64,000 bases of DNA from Klebsormidium nitens. Its lineage: Eukaryota > Plantae > Klebsormidiophyceae. Both the position numbers and the translations under genes were made by a program. The stretch covers positions 1 through 64,000 of the forward strand of contig DF237365.1 of the NCBI GenBank assembly GCA_000708835.1, written 5' to 3'. How positions within the stretch are numbered: the stretch's first letter is position 1; every line of letters starts with the position of its first letter. Shown in pieces: positions 26,432 through 39,889 of this stretch. A model generated the notes under the pieces. It was given only the letters and a program-made list of their open reading frames with translations. It did not search any database and was not told the DNA's origin.

Positions 26432-29400
26432 TCACTGTTTTCTCCGTCTATGAATGGACTCCGCTATAAGACAAAGCTGCTCAAACATCATGTTTGCTGC
26501 CACTCGCGGCGTGTTTCCTGTGGGGTCCCACGGCGGGGACGTGCACACGAAGTCCGCCCCCACAAAGTGCAAGCCTCGCAACCCTCTCAAAATAATCTGC
26601 GCTTCCAGCGTCGTGAGTCCGCCATCTTCCGGAGACCCGGTCCCAATCGCATATGCAGGATCGAGGGCGTCGACGTCGAACGTGATGTAAGTGGGGCCGT
26701 CTCCAACAATCTGCAACAAAACGCGGAAGAACCAAAGCTTTTAAAGTCGGGTGTTTGCCGGAGCTACCGGAGACCCACCAGAGACTACGTCGTCTACGAA
26801 TGTTGATCCTTTCTTGGGGCTCGCGGAACGGCTTACGAGGAGCAGCAGATAAGGAACAGCACAAAGCAGCAAATTCTGTGCAAGAAGGCAAACCTCCTGC
26901 AATTATGCGTGCTGCCAGGCTGAATCCTCGTCACCATAGCCAACGGAGGAGGGTCCCATCAGGCAGGGAAGAACATAAGGAGGGAAGCAGCAGCGGTCGA
27001 AGAGCCGGACGGCTGGGCGCGCTATCAGGTCAAGAAGAATTTCAGAGGCAAGTAGGCTGAAACCGTGTGTCTTGGCCACCATGCATACGGCTTTTGGTCA
27101 CAGCCGAGGCCACAAACACTTCGCATTTTCGGCCCTCTTTTCAGACGGCGCCCTACGATGGGTCGGCCTTGTAAACTAAGATTTTTGGCGGCCCGCGACG
27201 AGAGCGACTTTTTAAGGGCACCCTTGGAGGTCTCTTTCTCCAGCTTCAGGCATAGTTCAAGCTGAAGGACGAAGCGCATCCAATCGGAAAGCTGTTGGTA
27301 CATTCACGGCCTTGTAAGCGGAACCTGACTTGAGCTACGATAGAGTTCAAAAGGCAACAACTTGCGACCGGATAGATTGAACGAACCTTTTGAAAACGAA
27401 GCAAGGCCACTTTGGATATTGCCCCCGATCGCCGAGGTAAAACAAGTGCACCTCAGCGCCGCAGCGAGCAGGGGTCACTACGCTCAATACCAGCCGGCCA
27501 TCCGACCCAAAACGTAACCCGGGCATCAATCTTTCCCCTCCATGCCGCTGTGCAAAGCGGTCGGGGCGTGAAAATTCTCAAGAAAGATGATAAATATAAG
27601 CCAAGATAATGCTAAGCTCCGACTAACATCAAAAACCCTAACCTAAACAGATACCTGCTCCGCACCCATACCCACCCTAACCACCAAACTAACCCTACCC
27701 GTACCGTGCGGTTCCCTCATTATCACCTCGGCTTGTTATCTTCATTGAGTTCAATCGGGGCTTACCTCCCGGGCCTCGTGCGCGACCTTCTTGGGCCCCA
27801 GGTCGTAGAACTCCTCCATGTCCACCACGCGCATGCCCGCGTCCTCGCTCAGCATCTTGCCGGGGCTCATGGGGCCGCGGATGCCGATCTGGATCGTGCG
27901 CTTCGGGTCGATCAGCCCGTCCGCGAGCGCGCAGCTGAAGGGCGTGCCGTTCCAATACTGCAGATGCGGAGGAAAAACAGCGTTCGGCGAGGCACGATCA
28001 ACATGTCGTTACTGTTTTCCGCTTCTTGACTGCCTGCCATAGTACCTTCTGTGGAGGGCTTTGAAAAGGCCGAACTTATCGAAAAGATTCAAAGACTTTC
28101 ACTAAATCCGAATATTGAGGCAGAAGTGGGCGTTTGCAAGCTTCGGAAGGATGAGACTTGGTTCGCTTCTGCAGGGCCGAGCAAAGTCTTTTGAACCTCC
28201 AGAGCGAGTAATTTCCTCCAGTTCAGAGTCTAAGTCCTGGGCAAATTCAGGCAAACGTCCTGGGCCATATTAGACAAAGCTGTTACACACGGACGACGCT
28301 GCATTCTTGGAACCGAGATGACTTGATTGACGCTCAGGAGGGGCCCGCTGACAGTCCCTTCCGCCATTCATTGAGGATGTAGCCGCGCCAGGGACTAGGA
28401 CGAAGGGTTCAGAGGGTGTGTCTTTCCAAGCCTTCCAGCCAAACATCATCGCACACTAGAAGCACGTTCGGGTAGGCTAAGGACAGCCTTACTCCGTAAA
28501 GGTCTGCACATCACCCAAACGGAAAGATACCTGACGCTTGCAAGCGCTTCTGCTTCCTGGGCAACAACAGAGGGTGCAAAACGTCAACCAGGGTTCTGCC
28601 TAAGAGAAAACCAAAGTGTCGTCAGTGACTCACTTTGGACCCCGTGCTTTCCTCGCTCTCCTGCAGGTCCACTGTATCGTGGTGTGCGTCCAGGTGCACC
28701 AGCCCAACGGGACCCCCCGCCGCCTCAGCCACCGCACGCAAAATGGGATACGAGATGCTGTGATCGCCGCCCGCGGTGATCGGAATGATGCCCCTGACAC
28801 AGAAAGAGAAAGGACGTGAATGAGTCCTGGCTGAGTGTCTAAAGAGCAGGTGACTAGATGGATTAGGACACCGGAGGAATGTGTTCTAAAGACGTGGAAG
28901 AGCAAAATGGAGGACGGGGCAGCTTGCCGCTCTCTGCACCACTTCGAAAGTGTTTACTTGTGGGTTGCAGAACGCGTTTTACCATAACCTGTGACTGGCC
29001 ATCGTGCATGGTTGTAGATCCACTGTATTCATGCCCATGAACAGTCGGAGATGAATATTGTTGAGCAAGCTCTTGATTGTTAGCCCGCAACAACAACATC
29101 ATCTCTGGCACTCAACAACATCTCAAAGTTCCAAAACGTCAATTCCGCATACTGAATACTAGAAATAATACTCATTCAAATCATTTTAGTAAAGTGCTAA
29201 ATGAAACAATGGAGAGACGTTTCGCACCTGCTGCACAGCTGCCGGAAGTAGTCGTAGATCTCGTGCTGCGCACTCTCGACCCCGTGCCAGGGCCTCTTTA
29301 TGACGACGTCACCAACATCTGCCACCTGGCACAGGCTGAATGGGGCCACACCGGTGGACCCATGGATCTTGCGCAGCATCGACGACTTGTTGCGGATCTC

Positions 29401-30448
29401 GCGAGGGCCAAAGCGCGTCCCAGGGTGGCTGGCCCCGCCATCAAAAGGAACGCCCACCAGGGCAATGTCCAGCTGCAAAAAGGTGGGAGGTCTGTATCCT
29501 TTGGTAGCGCGGTGCCAGGAAAAGCACGGAAGGAGCGACTGCCTGGAATCCTCCTTGTCTAATGGGTTTGAAAAAGTGAATTCAAGGGGGAGGGGGGTAT
29601 TTGTGTAAGGACAGGGAAGGTTGTCAAACTGCATGCTAGAAGAAAGTACCACAGCGGACAAGCCCCAAGTAAGCCTTTCTTCTCCCTTGGGGGGGAAAAA
29701 GGAATGTTGAAGGGGCAAGGGGGGAACTAAGACCAAGACACACGGTCCCCCACGTTGGGCACAAGAAAGGGCCAAGAGGACCTGGTCAGAGAACCCTTGC
29801 ACAGCTAAAGCAATGGTGCTGTAATCTGGTTGAAGACTGCCACCATTAAGAAGAGTCTGTGTATGCCATAGACAGGGTTATTGCCTGACTAAGTAGTAAA
29901 GCTTGGGCTTCTAGATCCTGGCTGCCCAGAGGACCTTGCTTCCAGGTCCTTTGACATGTGCTTGGAGTCAGTTGCATGCAGGGAGGCAAAGCTGAGAAAC
30001 AAAATGGGCAGCTATAACATTCAACAACAATGGGTCTTCCCAAAGCGAATGCTTTGTATACATTGATGGGAGCTTTTAACATCAGTCTTGCACCAATCTT
30101 TGACTGATCACACGACAACCAGCTTCAACACCTTCTCTCGAAGCCCAATCGAGCCCACACCAATCAGTGCTGGTTGCTTACCCCTTCCAGCGTATCTGCC
30201 AGTGGGGCTTTCAGCAGCGTGGGCAGCCCTGAAAACTTGGGCGTCTTGTGATGCTGGTACCTGGCAAAGTCATCCGGCAGCTCCTGGGCAGTACCACTGG
30301 AAAACTCTCTGTAAAAGCGACCTGCATCCGCAAGCGCTGATGCAGATGGTGGATTGCTATCTCTTTGTGGAAAAGAACCGCTGCTAGCTCTCCCCCACAA
30401 CCGTCTGCTGATGGAGGAAAGGCAATGCCGTGCTTTGAAGGCAGCCAT
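26432..30448 (-). CDS. Agmatinase/arginase-family ureohydrolase with mitochondrial-type presequence, 5 exons, atypical active site
   Basis: MAAFKARHCLSSISRRLWGR presequence; FSGLPTLLKAP; LDIALVGVPFDGG...GTRFGPREIR; GGDHSISYP; LVHLDAHHD; YWNGTPF; IQIGIRG; YITFDVDALDPAYAIGTG; DFVCTSPPWD. Confidence 0.92.
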
Positions 30449-30930
30449 GTCTGCACAGGGTGCCTCCTTTTCTCTGCTGGCTGGCTGAACTACCTCTCAA
30501 CTTACATCGAGTGTGTCAGCTTCACGGACTTGTGCACAGTGTTTGAGCTAGCTCCCTGCTTGCAACACCCGGTTTGTGAGCTCCTGAGGCTGGGGCATTG
30601 CATGCAGGGTGTCTGAAACTTTCCAGCATGCAGCTAGGAAGCTCACTAGTTCTTGAACTTGACGTGAGGAAGCGAACACTGAAGTCAACTGGGGCTGAGC
30701 GCTGTGGACTGCACTGCCACTACAGAAGTGTTTCAGATCTGCTATGCAGCAGGTACCTAGAAAACCACTACTGAAATCGGGTGATCGGCAGCCAGCTTGC
30801 TAAGCGGCCAAGGAAGCCTAAGAAGGTCAGCTCGTATCCTTCAGCAGCATTGCCTCTCCCATGCCACTTGCAGACCTGCCACATCCCCATTGAGCTACCA
30901 AATTTGAGCGGCCAGCTGCGCGCTTAGTCC

Positions 30931-33515
30931 ATGGCTTCTTCTTTCGCCTCTCGAGGCATCTTGCTGCGGAGACTCGCACACGGGCTAATCAACCAGGCAG
31001 CGCTGCCAGGGATCTCTAAGGGCAGCAGCCAAAACGGCCTTTCTGTGGCCTGCCGGGCCGCTCTGGTCGCTGAAACCCCTCCCTCAAAAAGGCGTCTCTT
31101 CTCCAGCTCATCCGCCAGCTCCCGCGTGCTGGTCACATTTGACATTGATGGGACACTCGTTGAGGCGATTGGGACCGAGGCGAACAAGATGCACAAGGGC
31201 GCCTTTTCGCATGCCCTTAAGGAGCTGTATGGAGTGGACGGCACCATTGATGCAGTCAAGGTGGGTGGGGCCAACGAGGCTGCAAAGGAAGTGGCTCTTC
31301 AGCGCGAGGAAGTTCTAGAAGAGGGGGTTCACTTCTGATGGGTGCAAAAGTCCTCCTTGAACTCAGGTCGCTGCAAAAACATGACCTTTTCTGGCATTAT
31401 GAGAACAGCATGACGGGGTTGGTCTTGGGCTTACCAGCATCTTGAGCTGGCGCCAATACTTTGAGAGTGGGACTGGCAGGATGGTTTGTTTTCTAGGAAA
31501 GAAGAAGTGCGGAATAAGCTTAAGATCATCCTCGATGGCCTCCAGCAGCAGGTGGCAGAATGCGGCAGCCACGGGTCTTCAGAGACACAAATACCAGCTG
31601 AAGAATGAAAGAAAATCGATCAAAGGTGCTCACAGTCCTCGTTATGCATCTTGCAGCACCACGGCAGCACAGACAAGAGCGTCATCAAGAAGACCGCTCT
31701 CCACTATGGCGTATCAGAAGAGGTGGGCCCTTTGACCACCTCTTGACCAGGGGCAACACGTTATTGGGCACTCATCTTGCTGCCAGATACACATAGGGAG
31801 TTGCTATTTGACCCCCCCATATTATCTCCAGTCCACAGCGAGATACATGTATTCCAGGCGCGTCTTTGAGAAGACTCGTTAACATTTGAATCTCACTGAG
31901 TAGCGTACCGCCATGATTCAGATTGTCAGTGACTTTACACCTGCAGAAGATTATGAGTCGCTGGGACGACATCGCCCCGAAGATGCTCGAGTATGCTCGT
32001 GGCCATGTGGCGCACGCTGCAGAGGGGCTGCACCTATTGCCCGGCGTGCTGCACCTTCTCAAAACACTGGCCGCCAGGGATGACGTTGTGACCGGCTTGG
32101 TGAGGCGCAGTGTGCTCTCTGCAACCGAGCGCATCGACCAGGACCATCTGGGTTTAAACGAGAACCCTCCCTGCTATTACCCCTTGTTGAGAAGAGGAGG
32201 GGCCTTTTCGACCCTCCTCCCGAAGCGAAAGTTTCAGTGGTTGCCGATTCTTCACGTCTGGCCACAGAACAGAACTTTCTGGTAGACGACCTGGAGAGTT
32301 GAACTTACGATGGTCACAGGGAACAGAAAAAAAAGTCCCTCGTCTTGAAACTGAGGCTGTCTCCTGCAGGTGACCGGCAACCTGTCCGAGATTGCCTGGA
32401 TGAAGATGAACGCGCTGGGAATCAAGGACCTCTTCTCGCCCCCGTACATAGGAGGGTGAGCTTCGAAGTTTTCACGCTGGACAGAGGCACCATTTCGACA
32501 ACTTTGGTGTAAAATTTTTGCGGAATGCTGGCGCAGAATTCTGACCATGTTATCATCCACCTGGGTACGAGCAGCCTCTGAAGATTCTCAGCGAAGTCTG
32601 GTGCCCTGGCTTACTATGAGTAAAGCCTTTCCGGAAACGCGCTAGCCAGCCTGGCCGACAGTTCTACTTGATTGTCTCATCAGCGCAGTGACCTTTGCTG
32701 CCAAGTGACATCGGTTCTTTCGCTTGGGCATTGGCTAAGCAATTGGTTCAACCCCTGTACGCTGATTGTTGTCCTCGTCTTTTGCGCAGGTTTGGAAGCG
32801 ACCACGTGGATCGAGGGGAGCTCGTAAAGATTGCTGCAGCGCGCGCAGCCCAAAGTATACCCGGGCCTTCGTTCGGAGTGCGAGTTCACGTAGGCGACAC
32901 GGTGAGCGTTCTTGTGATGCTCCTCCCGTTCGAGAGTGGCCCGGCTAGGCTGTTAGCACCCGGGCATATTGTAAGTGAACGCGAGTGATTGTCTTACTGT
33001 CGGAAGAGGATGAACTGACGGCCTTCGAAAACACGGGGTGTCATAGTCGTCTTTTGCAAGGGCACAATGGTTTCGTCGAGCTGACGTTCACCTCATGACC
33101 TAATGACTGAAGGCAGCCGCAAACGTTTGCTTTTCGGCTTGACTCCTGGATCAGTTGCCTACATTGCAGAATGATGTTTCAGATTCGGAAATCTTTGCTA
33201 CTGTCAGGAGATCAAGTCGAATTTCATAACCACGGTTTGACTAGAGCAAGTCTGCAAAGCGACCCCGTTGACAATTACCTCACCATCGGCCGGACCGATT
33301 GAGTCATCAACCAAGTTCCCTTTTTGTTGCAGCCCAACGACGTGTCGGCTGCCCTTTACGGAGGTGCACATGCTGTTGGTGTTCTGACAGGCGCCTTTGA
33401 GGAGAGCGAGTTGCTTGAGGCCGCTAAAGGAGACAGAAACAACGTAACAATACTGGAAAACCTTGAAGATAGCGAGCGTTTTTTGAGCGTGTGTGGTTTA
33501 TCAAATAGATCATAA
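30931..33515 (+). CDS. HAD-superfamily hydrolase/phosphatase with organellar transit-like N-terminus, multi-exon
   Basis: Motif I VTFDIDGTL; HHGSTD; motif II GL|VTGN; GG|FGSD; motif IV HVGDT|PNDV; AVGVLTG; stop at 33513-33515. Confidence 0.9.
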
Positions 33516-34924
33516 GTTGTTGAGGAACTGATGATCTATTGTTCCTGCACTGAAGCGCCAGCAGGTACGGCTACGTGATAGTAACAGCAACTCAGTTTCA
33601 GAACTGGACGATATAAATAGGTGATCGCATTCAATATAGGGACTCGTTTTTCTTCTCGGCTATAAAGCTATACTTGAACGTCTTTCTTTTTGACTTCAGA
33701 TCGACTCGCTGAGTACATACAACAGCCTATCGCGAAACGCGCACATCTGCACAAAGAGCGGTCATGGAAATCGAGTCCAATCGGATCGGGCTGCGCATTT
33801 TTCAAAGGATCCGCAGATAGATGGCCGATCATGTCGCGCATGCGGTCGGATGTAGCCGCTCGCAACTGGCAAAAAGCCACGCTTAATGTGCGCTTAACAA
33901 GCTGCACTATGTGGTAGATTGATTGAAATCTTGGTAATCGATCGAATGACTTCAGCTCCACACGTTCATATGCAGGTCCGATCAATTCAGATCAATACGA
34001 CTTGGTGTCATGCACATGCATACCTAGTAAGTTGTCATGCAACCCTCAAACCCTATGTGATTGTCAGTGTCTCTGCGTACGTTGTAACTTCTAATGCTGC
34101 TCGAAGTCCTCTCGGAGTTTGGCAAGTACCGGCAGCTAGCCTTACAGCCTACAGGCCGGTTGTCTCCAAGATTCCGGCGACTCGGCCCATGTGGATCATG
34201 TGCTTTGCGACGCGAAGCGGGATCAAATGCGGCGCCTCGATCAAACACGTACTGCGTACTCACAATTAATGCTTGAAATTGGAGTCGGTGATTGGAGTCG
34301 CGCCGTGACGCTGGCGTGAAATACACCGGCTCCGAGCCGCCTAGATCTTAACTCCCCACGACGGCCCTGTCGCGAATGAGATCAGATGAAACGGGCACCC
34401 GTTCCTTCGATCCATCGCTTCCGGCAATCCGCCCGGGGCTTGGGCCCCGGTGCAAGCTGGCTGCACAGTGCAGAACTAACTCTAGCCCGGGCCGCTCCCA
34501 GGCAGGATCTCTGGAACTTCAAGAAGGGGGTGGGGGCCGGGGCGTTTTGTTGCAAGCCAGATCTTCTGCTCATGCACACCGCGAAGAATCGTCCTGCTCG
34601 AGCTGCAGTGGCCAGCTCAATCTGTATGGTTAAAATGGTATGCAGTGTTCGCTAGGTCCAATTGCCTCTAAAGAAGACGATCAGAAAGGTGCAAGGGAGA
34701 CCACAGCAGCGGACCTTTCTGGACGCTGCGAATAAGTCTAGAATTGGCAAGTCTACATTGATTTTAATGTAGATTCTTCTACGGCCGCGGATTCTGTACG
34801 TGCTGATTGCTGCTGTGTTCAAAGTAATCCCAACAATTCTTGACGATCTAGCTGATCTTTTGTGAAGGCAGCAGCAGTTTAGGTCCCAGAGAAGTGCCGC
34901 TAGCTCACCGGGCACTCTTGCGCA

Positions 34925-37900
34925 ATGCCGTCTTTTGTGGCATCTGATGAGCGTGTCTGGCGGGAGGCAGAGAAGCTGGCCGCCGCACACGGAGGGCCCC
35001 GGGGGGTGCAGAAAGCTGTGGAGAAGGACGCATCGCTGCTTAAGGTGCTGGCGCTGCCGGAGGAAGCAGAGAGGATCGACCTGAATGCTTTGAAGGTATG
35101 CTGCAGTTGCTAAGCTTCCTGCGTCGTTGCCTGATTGGAGTCTAGTAATCTCTGTGAGCTGCATCCGCTCGTTTGTTGTGCTCTGTGATGGACACCTGTA
35201 TCTACTGATGCTTACTGGTGAAAAGCTGGCATCTCCTTCTTGAGGTCCCTTCCATGCTCTGACCAACTTGTCGACCAGGATCTTATGCCACCGGAAGTAT
35301 GATGGTACGGCCAGGCTAGCGCCTCATAGTGGTGACTCGTTGCTTTGCATCAGTGGTCAAAAAGACCTCTCCTTTTGTATTGCCACTGTGGGCTTGAGGT
35401 GCTTGCTCTGCGGCACGGCACTCCTACTCGAGCAAAGCAAAAGTAGTCTGCACAGGCTGGTGGTTCATTTCTGACATTCTTGCATGATCGCTGCAGACAT
35501 TCTTGATCTCAGGAGTTTACATAAAGATGCTTAGAGAGAAATCTAAAGAAAGATTTGCTGCTAGGAGCTGCAAGTTTTGATGCGACAATATGGTCAGCCG
35601 CTTACCACGTCGAATTCATGCAATGTGGCCTTTTACTTTTGGACAAAGTGGCAGAGGACCATTTTGTGATATACTTCAACTGCAGTGTTCAAGCCAGCTG
35701 CTCTTAGCTGTTACGCACTTCCACATACATCCGGAACAGCTTCTGGCGCCTTGAGGCTCTTCTCGTTCAAGCTCTACTGCCTGTAAAGAATGTACAAGCC
35801 AGGAGGGATCTCGATCAGCTCGTGGGCTTCTGACCCCAGATTATGCGCAATCCGACAGTATAAATCGCCACCCTTGCTCCAGTTAGAGCACATTTTCAAC
35901 CACAATCTTCGTATTCGCAGAACGAGGTTGACATTGTTATTCCCACCATCCGCGACTGCGACTTCCTCGAGCAGTGGCGGCCGTTCTTCGGGCAATGCCA
36001 CCTGATCATCATCAAGGACGGTGACCCCGACAAACCGATCCGCGTGCCCGAGGGCTACTCGTACGAACTCTACACGCGGCGCGACATTGAGCGCATCCTG
36101 GGGGAGAAGGCCAAGTGCATCTCCTTCAAATCCGCCGCGTGCCGCTGCTTCGGCTTCCTCGTCTCCAAGAAGAAGTACATCTACACAATTGATGACGACT
36201 GCTTCGTGAGTTCCCCCTTCGACTTGCTGGTGGACTGGAAGCTCTTGGTCACCGTAAATTTGAAAATGACCTCTGGCTATGCCTTAGCGTGCTCGGCAGC
36301 TTACGTGTGGTACCCCGGATGCTGCGGCCAAATCTGGAGTCCGGGGTTTTCAGATTTAGGGTTTGATTTTAGGGTTCCATGCTCAACCTGCTCTTGACAT
36401 CAAGAGCGACTTCTCAGGGGTCAGGGGCCTCACTGCAGTCAGGAAACCCCGCAAGTGGTACTTTGATCGGTCCCTTATGATGGCACAGCTGCCCCTGTGA
36501 ACATGGATGCTAATAAGGCAGCCCTTCCTCAAGTTGTCAAGCCCCCCAACCGAGTCAGGGCGCAACGTTCCACACTCCCGGAGGGTGGTTTTCCCATCCC
36601 ATCTCGATTCCACCTAGTTTACTATGCTCAAAAGGTATCCATTTTCACATACTTCTCACGTTATTCAGCCCAAAGATCTGAAAGGGGTCTCGTATGGCCC
36701 GCAGGTGTGCAAGGACCCCTCTGGCAAGGAGGTGGACGCGCTGCAGGGCCACCTGTTCAACCTGGTCACTCCCGCCACCCCCTACTACTTCAACACCATG
36801 TACGACCCCTGGGAAGACGGTGAGCCACTGCTGCGTTTAGAAAACAGCGGGTGTCATTACAATCGAGGGTCCAACTGCGCCCTTACGCAGCTTGAAGCCT
36901 TCAGAAGCTCAGGGTCTTTTCGTCCTGAACCGGGGCTGGTCGTGTTGCGTGCTGATTCCTTCACGGAGGGCACCCTTTGAAGCTTGTGTTTGTTGGAATC
37001 CGCCTCGCCGCCTCGTCACTGATGTTCTCTGCTCTCGGTCACTTAGCCTCGTCAACGAAACCGAGGAGATTGCTGGTGCCGTCCCCTTGTTCCTTGCCAC
37101 CATGACTTTGATTTAGTCGTCCGATGTGCGCAGATGCCGACTTCGTGGCCTGCTATCCGTTCACCATGCGGCGAGGAGTGCCCACAGCCATGTCCCACGG
37201 CATGTGGCTCAATGTCCCGTGAGTGGCCACCGGCCTTGTCAATCCGTTCTGGGCAAAAAATCTTAGAAGCGGATCGGCCTCGCCTCGTCGTTTGATATAC
37301 AAAGTAAGCACAACCTGGACGCAGAGCAGGGATTCAGACTTAACGGTACGAAAACACTGTTGACTCTCAGGAGGTGGGTGCGTTCCTGATCCGATCAATC
37401 AAAGCGTATCGAAAGCTCAAGCCTCTTGAGGAAGCGGCGTAAGGGTATGTAAAGTGCGTAGGCCTTTCTCCGAACCAAGAAGCTGCTTGCGTCGGAGGAC
37501 AATCCTCGTTGCCAAAAGTCCTCTGCGGAGCTCACTCTGGACACCTGTCGCTTCGCCAGGGACTACGACGGCCCCACGCAGCTTGCCATCGACAACTCGC
37601 GGAAGCCGGCGCAAAACAGTTACCGCTACGTTGATGCCACATTGACGATCCCAAAGGGCTCGCTCTTTTCCTGCTGCGGCATGAACCTCGCGTTCAACCG
37701 GGAGCTGGTCGGGCCGTCCATGTACTTCGGCCTCATGGGACAGGTGCGGAATGGAGGCGGACTCTAGACCAAACAAGAGATGCTAGGTTTGTACTTAAGT
37801 TCAGGCTTGTAATTCGTTTCAGAGGCGGGTGCTGGTTGAAGAGAAGCGCTGAGTTGCAAGCAATTGTAGACGCGCTGAGCATAACGGTCGCGCAGGCAGT

Positions 37901-39889
37901 CAGCGGGCAGCAGCATTGGTTCCTCGTCTCTAGGGCACCAGGAGCGATACGAGTGCTGCGGATCGAGGGTCAAATCTTCAGGTTGTCGTGGAACGAGCTC
38001 ATCGCCAGCAGCTTGCAGAGCCCAGGTTGACAGCTGCAGTCTCGCTTTCCCTTGCTTTGCGTGTGGATCGCCGGCTTCAAGGGCTGCAGTTGTGTGTCAA
38101 TCGAATCCTCTAGGGAGCCAGGCGATGTGCTCAATCCTTTTGTTGCGTGTGCAGGGAACGCCATGGGGCCGGTACGAGGACATGTGGGCAGGCTGGTCGA
38201 CCAAGGTGAGGGGCCGCGACGGGGTGGCACGAGTATGGCGAGTGTGTATGTTGATAGCAGCCGGCAGTATCCGCTGCCAATGCTGCTGCGCAATCAGTCC
38301 TGGGCTCTATTGACTCTTCGTATTCTACTTGAGAACGGGTCTGATCCCGACACACTGAGATGAGTGTACACAGATCCGAGCTGGACTATGGCAACGATCG
38401 ACAACCTCATTTTGGGAGAAGCTACAGATTGAGCCACAGTCGGTTCACGGCACCTGCAGACTCGTGCAGTGGTCCAAGTAGGTTACGCGTCAGGACGGGT
38501 GACCTTGAATCGTCCCCATCATCAGTGGTCATGTCCAGGTTCACTGCCCCTCCTGCGTTTGCGCCTGCAATCTCCGCTGTTGACCGAACATGCTGACTCA
38601 GGGTTCCCGTCGTTTTGCGGTTGGCAGGCAATCTGCGACCATTTGGGGCTGGGCGTCAAGACGGGCAAGCCTTACATCTGGCACAGCAAGGCCAGCAACC
38701 CGTACGCCAACTGGGACGTCGAGGTTAACGGCTTCCACTGGCAGGAGGTCATCGTGCCATTCTTCCAAGTGAGGGCTCCCCCCCGGCGGACCCCTTATCT
38801 TGCGTGGCTTTCGTTTCCAAACTTCGTTTACAACCCACGTTCTATTTTTGTGTGGTTTTACCGTGTTGGGGTATAGGGCGACGTTGCATATCCGTGCGCG
38901 GTGAAACGGGGTAGCACGAGAGAGAATTTAGCAGACTGCACTCGCCTTCCTTTTGAAGTCTGCCGCTTCCAGGGACCACAAGTGCTTGCTAATCAACGCC
39001 CTGGAGAGTCGTCCACACCTGCACCAACATCCACTTGTGAAGTGGTCCAGGAAAGGGCGGCGAGGGCCAGTCCCTCGTCGGCACAGCAGCTTCGCGCACT
39101 CGCTCTTGTCATTTTTTAAGAACTCGTTCGAGGATGCGGACAAGGGTCCGCCGTTATCAAGTGTCACACCCTCGCTCGCCCTCTCTTGGCACTGAGGTCG
39201 CGAAAGTGACCAAGTTCCCGGTCTCTGTCCTCGCTTTCTGATTAATGACTTCCCGACACGAGGCCCAATTTTCACGTGCCTGTGGCTTACCTTTGGGCTT
39301 ACCCTCGTGCTTACCCTTGTGCAGAACATGAAGTTCTCGTCAAAGGCGACCACCGTACTAGATTGCTACCGGGAGGCGGCCGAAAAGGTGAGAACACGCG
39401 AAAACCCCAAAGCCTGTGAACCAAATGTGCGGCCCGCAGAGCCACATCAATCTCTCCTCTTCTTTGATGCACGGTAATAGCTTTTCTTCGCAAATGTGTT
39501 TTCACGTATTCTGTGCCACTATCGCTTTCTCGTTGCCTTGCATCCCATCTCTCTTTTCTTTCGGTTCGCTCGTTCTGATTGAGTTCGGTGTTTCCTGACT
39601 TTTTGCGTCTTTGATATTATTGTCGACTTGTATCTGCTCGCTTCAGAGCATCCTCATAAGATCCCTTTGGCTCTGTCGGAAGATGCCGTACCCGACCCTC
39701 AGCAGTGTTGCCTTTCCTTACACGCTTACCAGTCTTGTTTGCTTGATCCAGGTGAAGACGGAGCTCGTGGCTTTGGACCCGTACTTCTCACAGCTGGGCG
39801 CCATGATGGAGGTGTGGCTGGACGCCTGGGAGGAGCTCAACCCCGGGATGAAGGGCTTTGAGGCCCCCAAGTCGGCCAACAGCGCATAA
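34925..39889 (+). CDS. RGP: Reversibly glycosylated polypeptide / UDP-arabinopyranose mutase family (GT75) protein, divergent, multi-exon
   Basis: ALK|[45 protein letters not shown]|[59 protein letters not shown] and LDPYFSQL...[10 protein letters not shown]. The start at 34925 is less certain. Confidence 0.92.

Noticed and set aside
27633-27700. AAACCCTAA/CCCTAA telomere-like words in a ureohydrolase intron
   Set aside because: Only two or three degenerate copies in a C/A-rich stretch; not an interstitial telomere array.
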